Shown one piece after another: positions 50,380 to 63,320 of a DNA stretch of 64,000 bases (within the stretch, counting starts at the first letter, position 1; each line of letters begins with the position of its first letter). The notes beneath the pieces were generated by a model that worked only from the letters and a program-made list of their open reading frames with translations, was not told where the DNA came from and ran no database searches. The DNA is from Prorocentrum cordatum (lineage: Eukaryota), in NCBI GenBank assembly GCA_963575745.1, contig CAUYUJ010000335.1, positions 1-64,000 on the forward strand, read 5' to 3'. The position numbers and the translations under genes are program-made.

Positions 50380-51240
50380 CCCGTCATGCCGCAGGAAAAA
50401 ACCGCGCGCGTTTTTCTCATAATTGTTTTGCAAGCTTCCACCGCCGATCGCCGGCACACCCGCACGCTGCCAGATTGCTCTCGCGCTCGCCCCCCAGGGC
50501 CCATGGCAGGTCAAAGCTCCCTAGCACAGGCCGCAAGACGCGAGCGTCCTGGCGCAACCGCGACGGGGCGAAGGGAAACCGCTGACGTCGGTATTTTGAC
50601 CACAACATCACTGCAGCAACCCTGCCAAACAAAAACAAAAAAACACATGCTGGCGCGGATGGGCGGGAGAGGGGAGCCTCGCTGCCAGACAACAGTTGCC
50701 GCGCGACGCGCGCCCATCCTCGCGCCCCCGGAGTTCGCCGCGTGCGAAACCACACTCGCCAACTCAGCCAGCAAGGAACAATCCTGGAGCGGCCATTGAG
50801 GGCTTCTTCTTTTTTTTGGGTTTGATGCTCGACCTGTCCAAAGCCTCCCGCGCACTCGCGTCAAGTCGGAAAAAAAACCGCGCGTGATTGTTTTTACTGG
50901 CTTCAAAACCTCCACCGCCTCGTGCTGGGACATCCTCACGCTGCGAGTTCCCCTGCAGTGTTGCGGCTTGGACGGGGCAGCGATCCGCATCACTAATCCC
51001 ATCCCTTCTCTAACGCCCCCTCATCCCTCCCCCTTTCACCACGGGTGCATCGCGGAACCTCAACTTGCGGGCGCACGACTCCGCGCGCGGGTGAGACTCG
51101 CCGCCGCGCGTCGGCAATGCGGTATTTACCTGTGCTTGCAAGACGCTGCGCACTTTCTTCGACACGGACACCACAAATGAACATCTGAGGGGGGCGCCCC
51201 ACGTATATAGCCATGTGTCTATGTATATATATATATATAG

Positions 51241-51274
<34 letters not shown>

Positions 51275-51300
51275 ACGGGGGGACGCCCCTGTATCATCTG
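50380..51300 (+). repeat. Dispersed ~0.7-1.1-kb degenerate repeat family; other copies at approx. 28240-28480, 48230-48790, 52830-53900, 55060-55720, 57770-58925
   Basis: Shared ordered motifs: cgcaagga.c.at(t)atcctgg, aaaaaaccgcgcgtg, ctcgccgccg.gcgtcggc.a, caagacg.tgcac, and a terminal GGGGGGCGCCC-(TA/CA)n-GGGGGGACGCCC block. Confidence 0.7.
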
Positions 51301-51359
51301 AGTGCACATATGTCCATCACCGCACAAGCAAAAACTAATTGAAAGATGCTCGTGGCCGG

Positions 51360-51825
51360 GAACAGGGCGCGTTGCAGCTCGCTGCTCCTCAGTCTTCGGC
51401 CCCGTGGTGGACATAACCCGATGGGGCGGAAAGTTGCCTGGTTTGCATCCGCGCGCCCGCGTGCTCTGCTGCTTCTATAACTCGAGCAAGCGCGGGTCGC
51501 TCGCGGAAGCCCCGAGACAATCTGCTTCAAAAAAGGCCGCGGGGGAGCCCTCTGTAACGAACAAGGCAGCACTGAGCAGTCCGCCCAGCCGAATCGACCA
51601 CTCAGGGCAGACGCCCGCGCCATATCCGCCTACGGCATCGAGAGAACGCGGACGCCGTCGGGCAACGCGCGGGCGAAGGATGGCGCTGGGCGCGTCAATG
51701 GCACCAGCCCGACCAGACAATTCTGAACCAGGCCGTAGAATTCGAGACCCTTGGGCGGGCATCTCTGCATCCAATAACACACAAAAGAAATGAAGAATGG
51801 AACAATTGATAATAATCAACATGAT
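51360..51825 (-). pseudogene. Internally deleted paralog of the GT32 gene
   Basis: LDAEM, LLSAALFVTEGSPAAFFEADCLGASASDPRLLEL align to the 48828-50132 product. Confidence 0.7.
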
Positions 51826-51858
51826 ATGGAATATCCCAGCCCACGAGGCTCAACGTTG

Positions 51859-51860
<2 letters not shown>

Positions 51861-51951
<91 letters not shown>
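51861..51951. repeat. (TC)n microsatellite
   Basis: Read directly from the sequence. Confidence 0.97.
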
Positions 51952-51955
<4 letters not shown>

Positions 51956-52142
51956 CATTCTCTCGCGCTCTCGCCAGCGCGTGGCCACGGTCGCGGCGAG
52001 GCAGGCGCAGAGCCGAGCTCGGGGCAGGAGGGGGGGGGGGGGCAGGAGGTGGAGGAGGGGGGGGGACGGGGGAGGCGATGGAGGCAGAGGGGGGCGAGGA
52101 GGAGGAGAGATGCTGGAAAAGGCGCTGCACCTCGAGCCAGCC

Positions 52143-52658
52143 TCACTCCACGCGTTTCGGGTCGCCCTCCTCGGATGTCAAGTCCTTCTCGTCGCCTTTG
52201 GAATCCTTGCAAGGCGGCGGGGGCTGAGAACTAGCCCTCTCGCGCGGGCAGCGCAAAATCTTGCGTTCGGGCAAGCGCACATTCACAGCCATCTCAAGAT
52301 AACCCACCCGACATGTTAAGTCAAATGCAGCTTTCTTCAGCTCACGGTTCTGCCTCGCGGATTCGCCCACGTCTTTCATTGCCTGCGACATCTCCAAGCT
52401 TGAGCGGCTGCGCGCTGTGAACGTAGCCTCCAGCGCTGGCTGCAAGCAACCCTCAGGACCATCGTCCATGCTCTTGTCCTTGCCTGTGTCCTTGTCTGCG
52501 CCTTTCTCTGCCTGCATGTTGTCATTGCCTGCGCCTTTCTGTGCTGTTGGCGAGCGGGATCGGTCGCGGTGACCATCGGGCATCGATAACAATGGTTTCG
52601 AACGAGGCCCTGACATGCGCGCTGAGCGCGCGGAGAGTACTCGTGCCCATTCGGCCAC
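52143..52658 (-). pseudogene. Orphan ORF, truncated paralog of 54256..54960
   Basis: MAE(W/L)ARVL.ARSARMSG...RQNREL.KA..DL.CRVG.LEM is conserved in both. Confidence 0.5.
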
Positions 52659-54255
52659 TCACGAAAGGGGTCTGAGAATCAACATCATATTGATTCTCAG
52701 CCCACGAGGTTCAACGTTGGGACATCGCTCTCGTTGGATGTTTTCGCTCTCCTTCGGCCCCAGTTCCACGTTCGCGACTTGCCCGATGGCTCCAACACGC
52801 GGTCGGGCATGAATTCCCCCAGGACACCCCCGTGACGCCGAAGGAAAGAAACGCGTGTGGTTTGTTTTTCCATCGCGCACCTACGGCCGCCGATCACTGG
52901 CACACCCGCAAGGTGCGAGACTAGTCTCGCCCCCCCCCCCCCCCAGGGCCCAGGGAAGGAGATAACTCACCAACAGAGGCCGCGAGACGCGATTGCCCTG
53001 GCGCAACCGCGGAGTGGAGTGCGGGAACGCCGCAGGCATCGATATGCCCACCACAACAGCAATGGAGCAACCCAGCAAATAAAAAACAAGTGGTTTCTGA
53101 TAGGAGGGAGAGTGTACCCTCGCTGCCAGAGGGCAGCCGCCGCGCGAAGCGCGACCATCCCCGCGCCCCTGGAGCCCGCCGCGCGCCGGAACCACGCGCG
53201 CCAACCCAGACCGCAAGGCGCGATCCTCTGGGCGCAACCTTGGAGTAGACTCCGAAAAGCCGCTGCCATCGAAATGCGCAGCCACAGCAGACCTGAAGCA
53301 CCCCAACGATTTTCGCGAGGACGGTCTTGTCGGGGAAGGTCTGCGCGCCAGGGGATCTACCGCCAACCGCATAAAGAAAGCACATTCGATAACCCAGACC
53401 GCAAGGAACAATCCTGGAGCGGCCGTTGGGGCGTGGACTTCTTTTGGGATTGATCTCACCCTGCCCACACTCCCCCACGGGCCCCCAGAGATGCAGCCCT
53501 CCAGGAGGCACTCGCGTTGGCGGAAAAAAACCGCGCGGTATTTTGTTTACTGGATTCAAAAGCTCCACCGCCGCGCGCTGGGACATCCGCCACTGCGGGT
53601 TCAGCCTCGCATGGCTGTTTTGTCGGAGTCCCCCGGCAATGTTGCGGCCTGGACGAGGCAGCGCTCCGCGTCACATTCCCCCTCCTTCTCTAAATCCCCC
53701 TCATCCCCCCCCTCTTCCCCCTGCGTGCATCGCAGAACGTCAACTCGCGGGCGCATGATTCCGCGCGCGGGTGAGCCTCGCCGCCGTGCGTCGGCGAAAT
53801 GCAATGTTTACCTGTGCTTGCAAGACGTTGCACCGCATCTTCGAACAGGGTAGCACAAACCAACATATGAGGGGGACGCACCCACGTATATATGAATATA
53901 TATATATATATACATACATGGATATACATATGTGTACCTATCAATATACACCTATATATATATACATGCACATACGCATATATATATATATACATATACA
54001 TATACATATACATATAAATTCACACATAATCGGGCTATATTGGTGTCCACTGCTCGAGTCGAACTTGTATAAAGATGAAGTATATATGTACATATGCATA
54101 TACAAATCTACATATACATCTATATGTACATGTACCTCTACATGTATATCTATATGTTCATGTATAGTCGGGTTATATTGGTATTCGGTGCTCGAGGCGA
54201 ACTTGTATGAAGATAAAGTTCAAGCCAATTGAACATGGCCTCGCGGCCAACACAA

Positions 54256-54960
54256 CTACGAAGCGCCTGTCAGGTAGAACCTGTGGCCCCAAATCATGTG
54301 GCCATCGATCCCGACGAAGCTCGTCGCACAGGTCGCCCAAATTGTACTTGGGGTCCAGCCGTGGAATCGATCGTTGTACTGTAAGTCGCGGATGTATACG
54401 AACTCGTCGTTGTTCTCCGCGATGTACGTCCAGCACTTGACGTAGTAGCTCCAGCACCTTGGGCCCGATTGGGTGTCCTCCAGGTCCTGGCGCCACCACG
54501 TTGCGCAGCCCTCTTTCGTGCGCGCCCGCATGGAGCGCGGGCAGTTCAAAACCTCACGTTTAATTTGATCGGAAAAGCAAACCTTCACGACCATCTCGAG
54601 GCACCCCACCCGACATGCTAAATCCAATCCAGCTTTTCTCAGCTCGCGGTTCTGCCTCGAGGCTTCGCCCATGTCCTTGATTGCCTGCAACATCTCAAAA
54701 TTTGAGCGGCTGCATGCTGTGGACGCGGCCTCCAGCGCTGACTGCAAGCATTCCTCAAAACCATCGCCCGTGCCCTTGTCCTCGTCTTTCCCCTTGCCCG
54801 CGCCTTTCTCTGCCTGCAAGTTGTCCAGGCCCGCGCCTTTCTCTACTGGTGGCGAGCGGGGTCGGTCGCGGAGACTATCGGGCATCGATGCGAATAGTTT
54901 CGAGCGCAACCCTGACATGCGCGCTGAGCGCGCGGGGAGTACTCGAGCCAATTCGGCCAC
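54256..54960 (-). CDS. Hypothetical protein (RSRSP/KGKG low-complexity N-terminus, coiled coil, aromatic-rich C-terminus)
   Basis: 234-aa ATG ORF with the frame conserved against the 52143..52658 paralog; family not recognised. Confidence 0.4.
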   Translation of the reverse strand: MAELARVLPARSARMSGLRSKLFASMPDSLRDRPRSPPVEKGAGLDNLQAEKGAGKGKDEDKGTGDGFEECLQSALEAASTACSRSNFEMLQAIKDMGEASRQNRELRKAGLDLACRVGCLEMVVKVCFSDQIKREVLNCPRSMRARTKEGCATWWRQDLEDTQSGPRCWSYYVKCWTYIAENNDEFVYIRDLQYNDRFHGWTPSTIWATCATSFVGIDGHMIWGHRFYLTGAS

Positions 54961-55314
54961 TCACGAGAGAGCTGCGAATCGTCGTTGTCCTCTTCCTCGC
55001 CCTCCTTTCTCCCTGCCTCCTCCTGCGTCCTCTTTGGCGCGCGCACGCCCCGCTCTCGATATCTTGCGCTGCCCGTTGCGAACGCGGAATCTGCCGCCGC
55101 ACGACGGGGCGCGACCACCCTCGCGCCCCCCGCGCCAGACGCATGAGAAAGCACACTCGCTAACCCAGACCGCAAGGCGCGATTATCCCGGCGCGGCCGT
55201 TGGGCGTGGATTTGTTTCTGCCCGCTGCCCGCCCGGCCCAAAGGCCCCAACGCGCCTCCGCAAAGGAAGCCCGCCAGGAGACACGCCCGTTGGGCCGGGG
55301 AAAAAACCGCGCGT

Positions 55315-55315
<1 letters not shown>

Positions 55316-55412
<97 letters not shown>

Positions 55413-55421
55413 ATATATATA
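55316..55421. repeat. Poly-T (~52 nt) followed by (TA)n
   Basis: Read directly from the sequence. Confidence 0.95.
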
Positions 55422-57563
55422 ATTCTTGCGGCCTTCACCGCCGCACGATGAGACATAACCCCCCTCGCCCCTCCTCCGCCCCCCATGCGCGCATCGCGGC
55501 AACTCAACTAGCCAGCGCATAATTCCGCACGCGCGTGGGCCTCGCCGCCGTCCATCGGCGATGCGCGACGTTGACCTGCGCAGCAAGACGCTGCACTATA
55601 CGTTCCACAAGGATACCATCAGGAAGCATGCGAGGGGGGCGCCCATGCGCATTCCTGCGATGCGGGGGGGGGCGCCCCCGCATCATCTGGGCGCGCAAAG
55701 GCGGCGCTGCGCGCGCAAAAAAAAAACTGGAAGTCTGCTCGTGGAGCGGCAACAGCCACAAGCCACTGGCCGAACGCCTGCCACCGCTGACGCACTACAA
55801 GAACCCCTCACAAATCCGTTTTGCCGTCGCATTCGGCTCCTCCTGGCGCTCGGGGCCGTTCGCAACGCTAGAAGTCGAAGCCGCGGCGGCGTCGATCATC
55901 TTGGACAGGCTGCCGGCGATTATCTCGGGGCCCTCTCAGACCGGTTCGAATGGCGGGATGCAATTGGCAACATGCAAGATGAAACCGCAAAATCCAATAC
56001 TGGACATTCTTCACAATTCCGCCCCCCCCCCCCTGTCTTGCATCAAGTCCCTTTTGCATTCCTTTAAGTACCTTCTTCCCCCGTGGGGCACCCCCCTCCG
56101 TCATGTATCCTTATTTCTTTTCTTCTGTCTCATCCTTCCGCCGTATTTTCCGCCCTCCTTGTGTCGCCCTTCCTTCTTCCCTCCTTGCCGGCCCTTCTCC
56201 TCACTTTCTTTTCCCCATCCTTCCTTTCTTCCCTTGCTGATGCGTTCCCCAACCCCTTTTCGACAAAGATGCCCGTCTCCGCCGTCGGGAACGAGCCGAT
56301 CTCCCGGGCGACCTGGGTCGCCATGGCCTCGAACCCTCCAGGCGGCACAGCTGGAGCTACACCATGCCAGCTCGCCCACTTCTGCCGCTCCTCGCTGGGC
56401 TGCAGTTCGCTCAGAGTTTGTTCAGAGTCTGATCAGGCAAGTAACCGGGATAATAAAGAGAGAGATAGAGAGGGAAAGAGGAGAGGGGATAACACCTAAC
56501 ACAACGCAAGGACAAGACATATGGAACATCAGAAACGAATGAGTTCATAAACCCAAATCTCCTTCATCACACCAGCGAGGGCGCCACACTTCTCCCCGCT
56601 CTCGAATCCAAAACTGACGCCGTCCTGGAAGCCCTGCGCGTAGGCACTGTGCCACGCCGCCGATTCGCTGGACGTCCGCGTTTTTGTCACCACTGCCGTT
56701 GTTGCACCCGTTGCTGAGTCCGTCGTTGCTGCATTCGCTGGGGCCGCTGCATCTGCGGAGGCTGCCGCCGCCACTGCATCTGACGCTGCTGCCGCCCCCA
56801 CTGCAACTGAAGCTGAGGCTGCAGTTCGTTTTGGGGCGCTTCCTTTCCGGAGGACTGGGGGTCTTTGGGGCCCTGGGCAAGCCCTGGGCCTTGTGGTCAC
56901 CTGGCGGCGGCGCGGGCGGCGCTGGCACAGGCGCTGGTGGCGGCGCCTCTGCTCGCCCGCCACGCTGCCCATTTGGCAGAACCCAAGTTGACGTTGGCCG
57001 CGCCAGCGCTGGGGGTGGCGGCGCTGGGGGGCGCTGGCGGAAACTGCGGAACTGCCCAGCGCAGCTCACCGCGCGGCTGCCCCAACTGCGATTGCGGTGG
57101 CGGATGCTGCGGAAATGTTGGCTGCAACTCCACAATCAGCCGCGCGGATTGTAGTTCTGATGGGGGCGGATGCAGCGGAGGCTTCGGCTGCCGCTGATCG
57201 CGCGGGCACGCTTTCTCTGGCCGAGGTGCCTGTTGTCTCCGAGGCGATGGCTGCAACGGCGGCGCCCTGTGGCAAGGCGCTCTCTTTTCTCGTATCGGCT
57301 GTCGCAGCGGAGCCACTGACTGAGGTCGGGGCGTCTGCTGTGGCCCCGGGTGCGGCTGTGGCGTCGCTGTCTGTGGCTGCGCCGCGCGAGTGCCCCCATC
57401 CGCTGCAGACAACGTCCGCGGCCCCCAGTTCTCATCATCATCGGCAGCAGCAGCATGCGGCGGGGTCACTTGCACATCGGCAACGGCTGCCGAAGCCGAC
57501 GCCGACGCGGCGCCCAACGCCGCCTCATCACCCATGCGTCGCTACCCCCGCGGGGGCCGAGAG

Positions 57564-57651
<88 letters not shown>
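57564..57651. repeat. Poly-A tract (~88 nt)
   Basis: Read directly from the sequence. Confidence 0.95.
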
Positions 57652-57652
<1 letters not shown>

Positions 57653-59162
57653 GCTCCTCATGGGCTGCGCGCTGGAGCCGCAACGGTTTCGGCATTGGGG
57701 AGTTTCCGAAGGAGGGCCTGCGTCGAGCATGGCATCGCGACACCTCAGCGCTCGTCGTGCAGGAGACAAAAAAATCACACGTTTTTTTACTGGCGTCGCA
57801 GATTCCACCGCCGATCGCTGAGACCTCCGCGCGCTGCAAGATCATTCTCGCGCCCCCCCCCCCCCAGGGCCCATGGAAGAAGATCGCTCTCCAACGCGGG
57901 CCGCGAGGCGCGATTATCCTGGCGCAACCTTGGAGTGGGCTGCGGGGGCGACCCTGCCATCGGCATCCGAAGCCACAGCAACACTGGAACAATCCTGCAA
58001 AAAGCTGGCGCGGGAAAGGGGGCCTCGTTGCCCAAGGAGCAGCCGCCGCGCGAAACGCGCCCTTCCTCGCGCCCCTGGAACAGCCGCACGCAATGCACAT
58101 TGCCAACCCAGGCCGCAATGCACGATTCTCTTGGGGCAACTTTGGATAGATTGCGGAAAAGCCGCTGTCATCGAAACTTAATGTCACAGTGACACCCGAG
58201 CATCCCAACGAAACTCACATGAACGGTCTTGTCGGAGGAAGGCCTGGCTGCCAAAGGATCTTGCACCGAGCGAGCGTGACCATCCTCAAGCCCCTACAAC
58301 GACCGCATAGACAATGCACACTCACCACCAGACAGCAAGGAGCGATTATCCTCACACGACAATTAGGTTTGGACTTGTTTTGATCTGGTCTCGATCTATC
58401 CAAAGCCTCCAACGCGCCTCCGAGGATGACACCCTCCAAGAGGCACCCTCGTTGGTCCGGAAGACAGAAACCCGGTTTCAAAACCTCCACCCTGCGCGGT
58501 GGGACGCCCGCGCGCTGCGAGATCATCCTCGCAGGGTTTTTGTCGGAGTCCTCCTACAATGTTGCGGCTAAGAAGAGACAGAATCTGCATCACTAGTCCC
58601 TCCTCCTTTTTCTGAACCACCTCATGCCTCCTCCTTTCCCCACACTTGCGTCGCAGCAGCTCAACTCGCCGACGCTTGATTCCGTGCACGCGTGAGCCTC
58701 GCCGCAATGCGTCGGCGACGTCCGATCAGCACCTGTGTTTCAAAGACGTTGCACCATATATTCGGAAAAGAAGCCCACAAGCCAGCATATGAGGGGGGCG
58801 CCCCTACGTATGTAAACATTAATATATACATGCGTATAGACATGCACACATATGTATATATATATATATATACTTGCGTTGCGGGGGGACGCCCCTGTAT
58901 CATCTGGCTTATATCTGCACATGCCCGGACACACAAAAACTAATTGAGATTTGCTCGTGACCGCTGTCGCTGACGCCTCATCATCATCCGCTGTCGCTGG
59001 CGCCGAATGAACACACCACGAGCCAATTCTTGAGCCCAAAGACACGTTGTCGAATGGCACCGCGCAATGCCACCTCTGTGCGCGCATGCCTGCCCATGTT
59101 ATGTACGCGTCTGTGTACAATATCAGATTGCATGTGTTTCTGTATATATAAACATATGTTAT

Positions 59163-59217
<55 letters not shown>

Positions 59218-59439
59218 TAGTACATACAAACGAACCAAGTTGCTGGGGGTGGACCTGATGCGAGGCCGCAGCAGCCGGCGGCAAATTGGCGCGGCGACAT
59301 GGGGGGCCAGTGCAGAAGAAAAAACCACGCGCGAGATAGAGAGAGCCAGATTGGTAATGTTGCACGGACCCCCCCCCACCCAAGGCCTTCCCTGATATCC
59401 CAAGGGGTCGGCAGTGTGGCGTAAGCCCATGAATCACCG

Positions 59440-59690
59440 ACATCATAACAAGCATCATCATCACCACCACCATCAGCATCATCGTCATCATCAAAATCAG
59501 CACCATCAGCATCGTCATCACCAGCATCATCATATTGCGCACCACCCTCAGCATCATCGTCATCATCATCATCAGCATCGTCATCATTATCATCATCATC
59601 AACATCATCATCATGTGCATCATCATCATCATCATCATCATCATCAGCATCATCAGCATCAACGTCATCATCACCATCATCGTCACCACC
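59440..59690. repeat. Degenerate (CAT)n microsatellite
   Basis: Read directly from the sequence. Confidence 0.95.
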
Positions 59691-60145
59691 GTAAGAGTCA
59701 GTTCGTTTATTCCGGCCGATCCACGCGCGTGATCGGGGGGGGCGGGGGGTCCGTCGCGCCGATCACGTCACGGTTGGGGTGCGCTTGCGGTGCTGCAAAA
59801 TGCCCGCAAGCACCGCCATGCGCCTGCGAAAAACAATCCCCTGCGACCTGGCAGTCGCGACGTGCCTGCGACCAGAGCCACAAAAACGTGCGAGCCGACT
59901 CACGCGACACGCCTGTGAAGAACTCAATGCTTTTGAAAAGCACAGATTCCGTGAGCACCACGGAGCCTGTGAACATCTAGGCGCCTGTGAACACAACGCC
60001 TGCGAGCACCACGACACATGTAAATGTACATCGCCTGCGCACACTACACAGCCGGAACACGATTGCGTTTGTGAACGCCACAACGCCTGTGAACGCAGCG
60101 CACGCGAGCACCGAAAACCTGCGGTCCAGCGGCACTGCGCAAGCA

Positions 60146-60238
60146 CTAGCAGGAGCAATAGCAGTAGCAGTAGCCGTAGTGGTAGTAAAGGAAGTAGCGG
60201 TGGTAGTAGTAATAGCCGTAGTAGTAGTAGTAGTAGTG

Positions 60239-60278
<40 letters not shown>

Positions 60279-60452
60279 AAGTAGTAGTAGTAGTGGTAGT
60301 AGTAGTAGCAGGAGCAGTAGTAGTAGTAGTTGTTGTTGTTGTAGTAGTAGTAATATTAGTAGTAGCAGTAAAAGCAGCAGCAGTAGTAGTAGCTGTGGAA
60401 GTGGCAGTGATAGTGGTAGCGGTAGTAGTAGTAGTAGTAGTAGTAGTAGTAC

Positions 60453-60509
<57 letters not shown>

Positions 60510-60664
60510 TAGTAGTAGTAGTAGTAGTAGTAGTATAAGTAGTAGTAGTAGTAGAAGTAGTAGTAGTAGTAGAAGTAGTAGTAGTAGTAGTGGTGATAGT
60601 AGTAGTAGTAGTGGTAATAATAGAAGTAGCCGCATTAGTCGTAGTAGTAGTAGTAGCAGTAGTG

Positions 60665-60698
<34 letters not shown>

Positions 60699-60755
60699 CA
60701 GCAGCAGCAGTACTCGTCGCACCCGAAGTAGCAGCAGTAGTAGTGTAAGTAGTAA

Positions 60756-60811
<56 letters not shown>

Positions 60812-62304
60812 ATAGTACTTCTACTAGCCGTAGGATTCCCAATCGTAGTCGTAGCACTGGTAGTAGTAGTTGTAGTAGTAGTAGCAGTAGTAGTAGTAGT
60901 AATACAACTCCTACTGGTTCTCGTCGTGGTAGTAGTAGTAGAAATCGTATTATGCACAAGTGGTAATAGTAGTAAGAGTGGTGTGGTAGATGTATCAGTA
61001 GTATGAAGAGTAATAGTAGTGGTAGCATTCGTAGTAGTAGTAGCAGTACTAGTAGTAGTAGTAGTAAAAGTAATGGCAGTGGTAGTGGTGATGGAAGTCA
61101 TGGTAGTAGAGGCACGACGAGTCGTCAGAGTAATAACACTAGTGACAGTATAGTCCTAGTAGTAGGAACATCAGTAGCACTCGTAGTAGTCATAGTAGTA
61201 CTACTACTGGTAGTAGTAATAGCAGTAGTAGTAGCAGCCCTGGTACAATTAGCAGTAATAGTGATAGTGGCACTGGAAGTAGTAGTAGCCGAGAATTGTA
61301 CTAGCAGTGGGAGTAGTAGTAAGAGTAGTAGTAGTAGTAGTAGTAGGAGTAGTGGTAGTAGTAATAATCGTAATAATAGTAATAATAAAAGATTTGCGAG
61401 TAGCAGTACTGGTAGTAATTACACGGGTGGTCGTAGACCAGTGATAGTAACAGTAATGATAGTGATACAGGTAGTAATCGTAGTAGTATGCGCAGTCGTA
61501 GTCCTACATGTATGGTAGGGCTGGTGATCGTAGTACAGGTAGTACTAGTGATAATACTGGTAGTACGTGTAGATGTAGTACTAGTATTACTAGTTAACAG
61601 TAGTAGTCGTAGTCGTGGTGGTAGCAAAACGAGTAGCAGCAGTAGTAGTAGTAGTAGTAGTAGTAGTAAAAAAGAGGTAGTAGGAAAGCAGTGGTAGCCG
61701 TGGTAGTAGTGGTAGCAGTAGTAGTAGTAGTAGTAGTAGTACTACTAGTACTAGTACTAGTACTACTAGTAGTAGTTGTCGCATTAAAGTTCGCAGCATT
61801 AGCTTTAATGTTTGTAGTCCTGGTTGTACGAGCTGTACTAGTAGTAGTAGTAGCATTAGTAGTAGCATGCGTCGTCGCACTAGCTTTACGAGTAGTAGTA
61901 GCGATGGTGTTGGTAGTAGTCGTAATAAATCTAGTAGTAGAAGTAGTAGTAGTATTAGCCGTAGCATTCGAATAGTGGTGGTAGTACTGGTAGGGGTGAT
62001 AATGCTAGTCGTCACCGTAGAAATGGTCGTAGCAGTAGTGATCAGCAGTAGTAATGGTCATACTAGTAGTAGTAATAACCATACTAAATATGTGAAGAAA
62101 GAATAACAGCAACAGTGGTGAAGTCATAATAAGACTTGCAGCTGTAGTAGTGGCAGTCGTAGTCGTAGTACGAATAACACTGGTACTGGTAGTAGTGGCC
62201 GTAGTAGTAAAACTGGTGGTAGCAGCAGCAGTAGTGGTAGTGATAGTAATAGTACTACTCGTAGAAGTAGCAGTAAAGGTAAGTGTGGTGGTAGTAGTAG
62301 TAGC

Positions 62305-62348
<44 letters not shown>

Positions 62349-62422
62349 AGATAATAGTAGCAGTAGCAGCAGTAATCGTAGTCGTAGCCGTAGCAGTAGT
62401 AGTAGTAGTAGTAGTAGTAGTC

Positions 62423-62453
<31 letters not shown>

Positions 62454-62497
62454 TAGTACTACTAGTAGTACTGGTAGTAGTAGTAGTAGTAGTAGTA

Positions 62498-62533
<36 letters not shown>

Positions 62534-63150
62534 CGAGTACTAGCGGTAGCAGTAATAGAGGTCGAAGCCATCGTGGTAGTATAATAAATACGAGTGGTAG
62601 TAGTAATACGAGTAGCAACAGTAGTAGCAGTAGTAGTAGCAGTAGTAGTAGCAGTAGTCGTAGTAGTTATAGTAGTAGTAGTAGTAGTAGTAGTACATCG
62701 TAGTAGTAGTAGTAGTAGTAGTAGTCGTAGTAGTAATAGTAGTAGTAGTAGTAGTAGTCGTAGTGGTAGTAGTAATGAAGGTAGTAGTCGCAGTAGTAGT
62801 AGTAGTAGTAGTAGTAGTAATGTAGTAGTAGTAGTAGTAGAGTAGTAGTAGTTAGTAGTAGTAGTAGTAGTTACAACTGTCGTAGCCGTATAGTAGTAGT
62901 AGTAGTAGTAGTAGTGGAAGTAGCAGTAGTCAGTAGTAGTAGTAGCAGCAGTAGTAGTAGTAGTAGTAGTAGTCCGTAGTAATAGTAGTAGTAGTAGAAA
63001 TAATCGTAGTAGTAGTAGCCGTAGTAGAGTAGTAGTAGTAGTGGTAGCAATAGTAGTAGCAATAGTAGTAGTAGTAGTAAGTAGTAGTAGTAAGTAGTAG
63101 TATAGTAGTAGTAGTAGTAGTAGTGGTAGTAGTAGTAGTAGTAGTAGTGA

Positions 63151-63182
<32 letters not shown>

Positions 63183-63225
63183 AAAGTAGTAGTAGTAGTA
63201 GTTGTTGTTGTTGTAGTAGTAGTGA

Positions 63226-63293
<68 letters not shown>

Positions 63294-63320
63294 CTTGTCG
63301 CAGTAGCAGTCGTAGTGGTA
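60146..63320. repeat. ~3.2-kb degenerate (TAG)n trinucleotide satellite
   Basis: Read directly from the sequence; it accounts for the poly-S/V/T/L ORFs. Confidence 0.97.
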
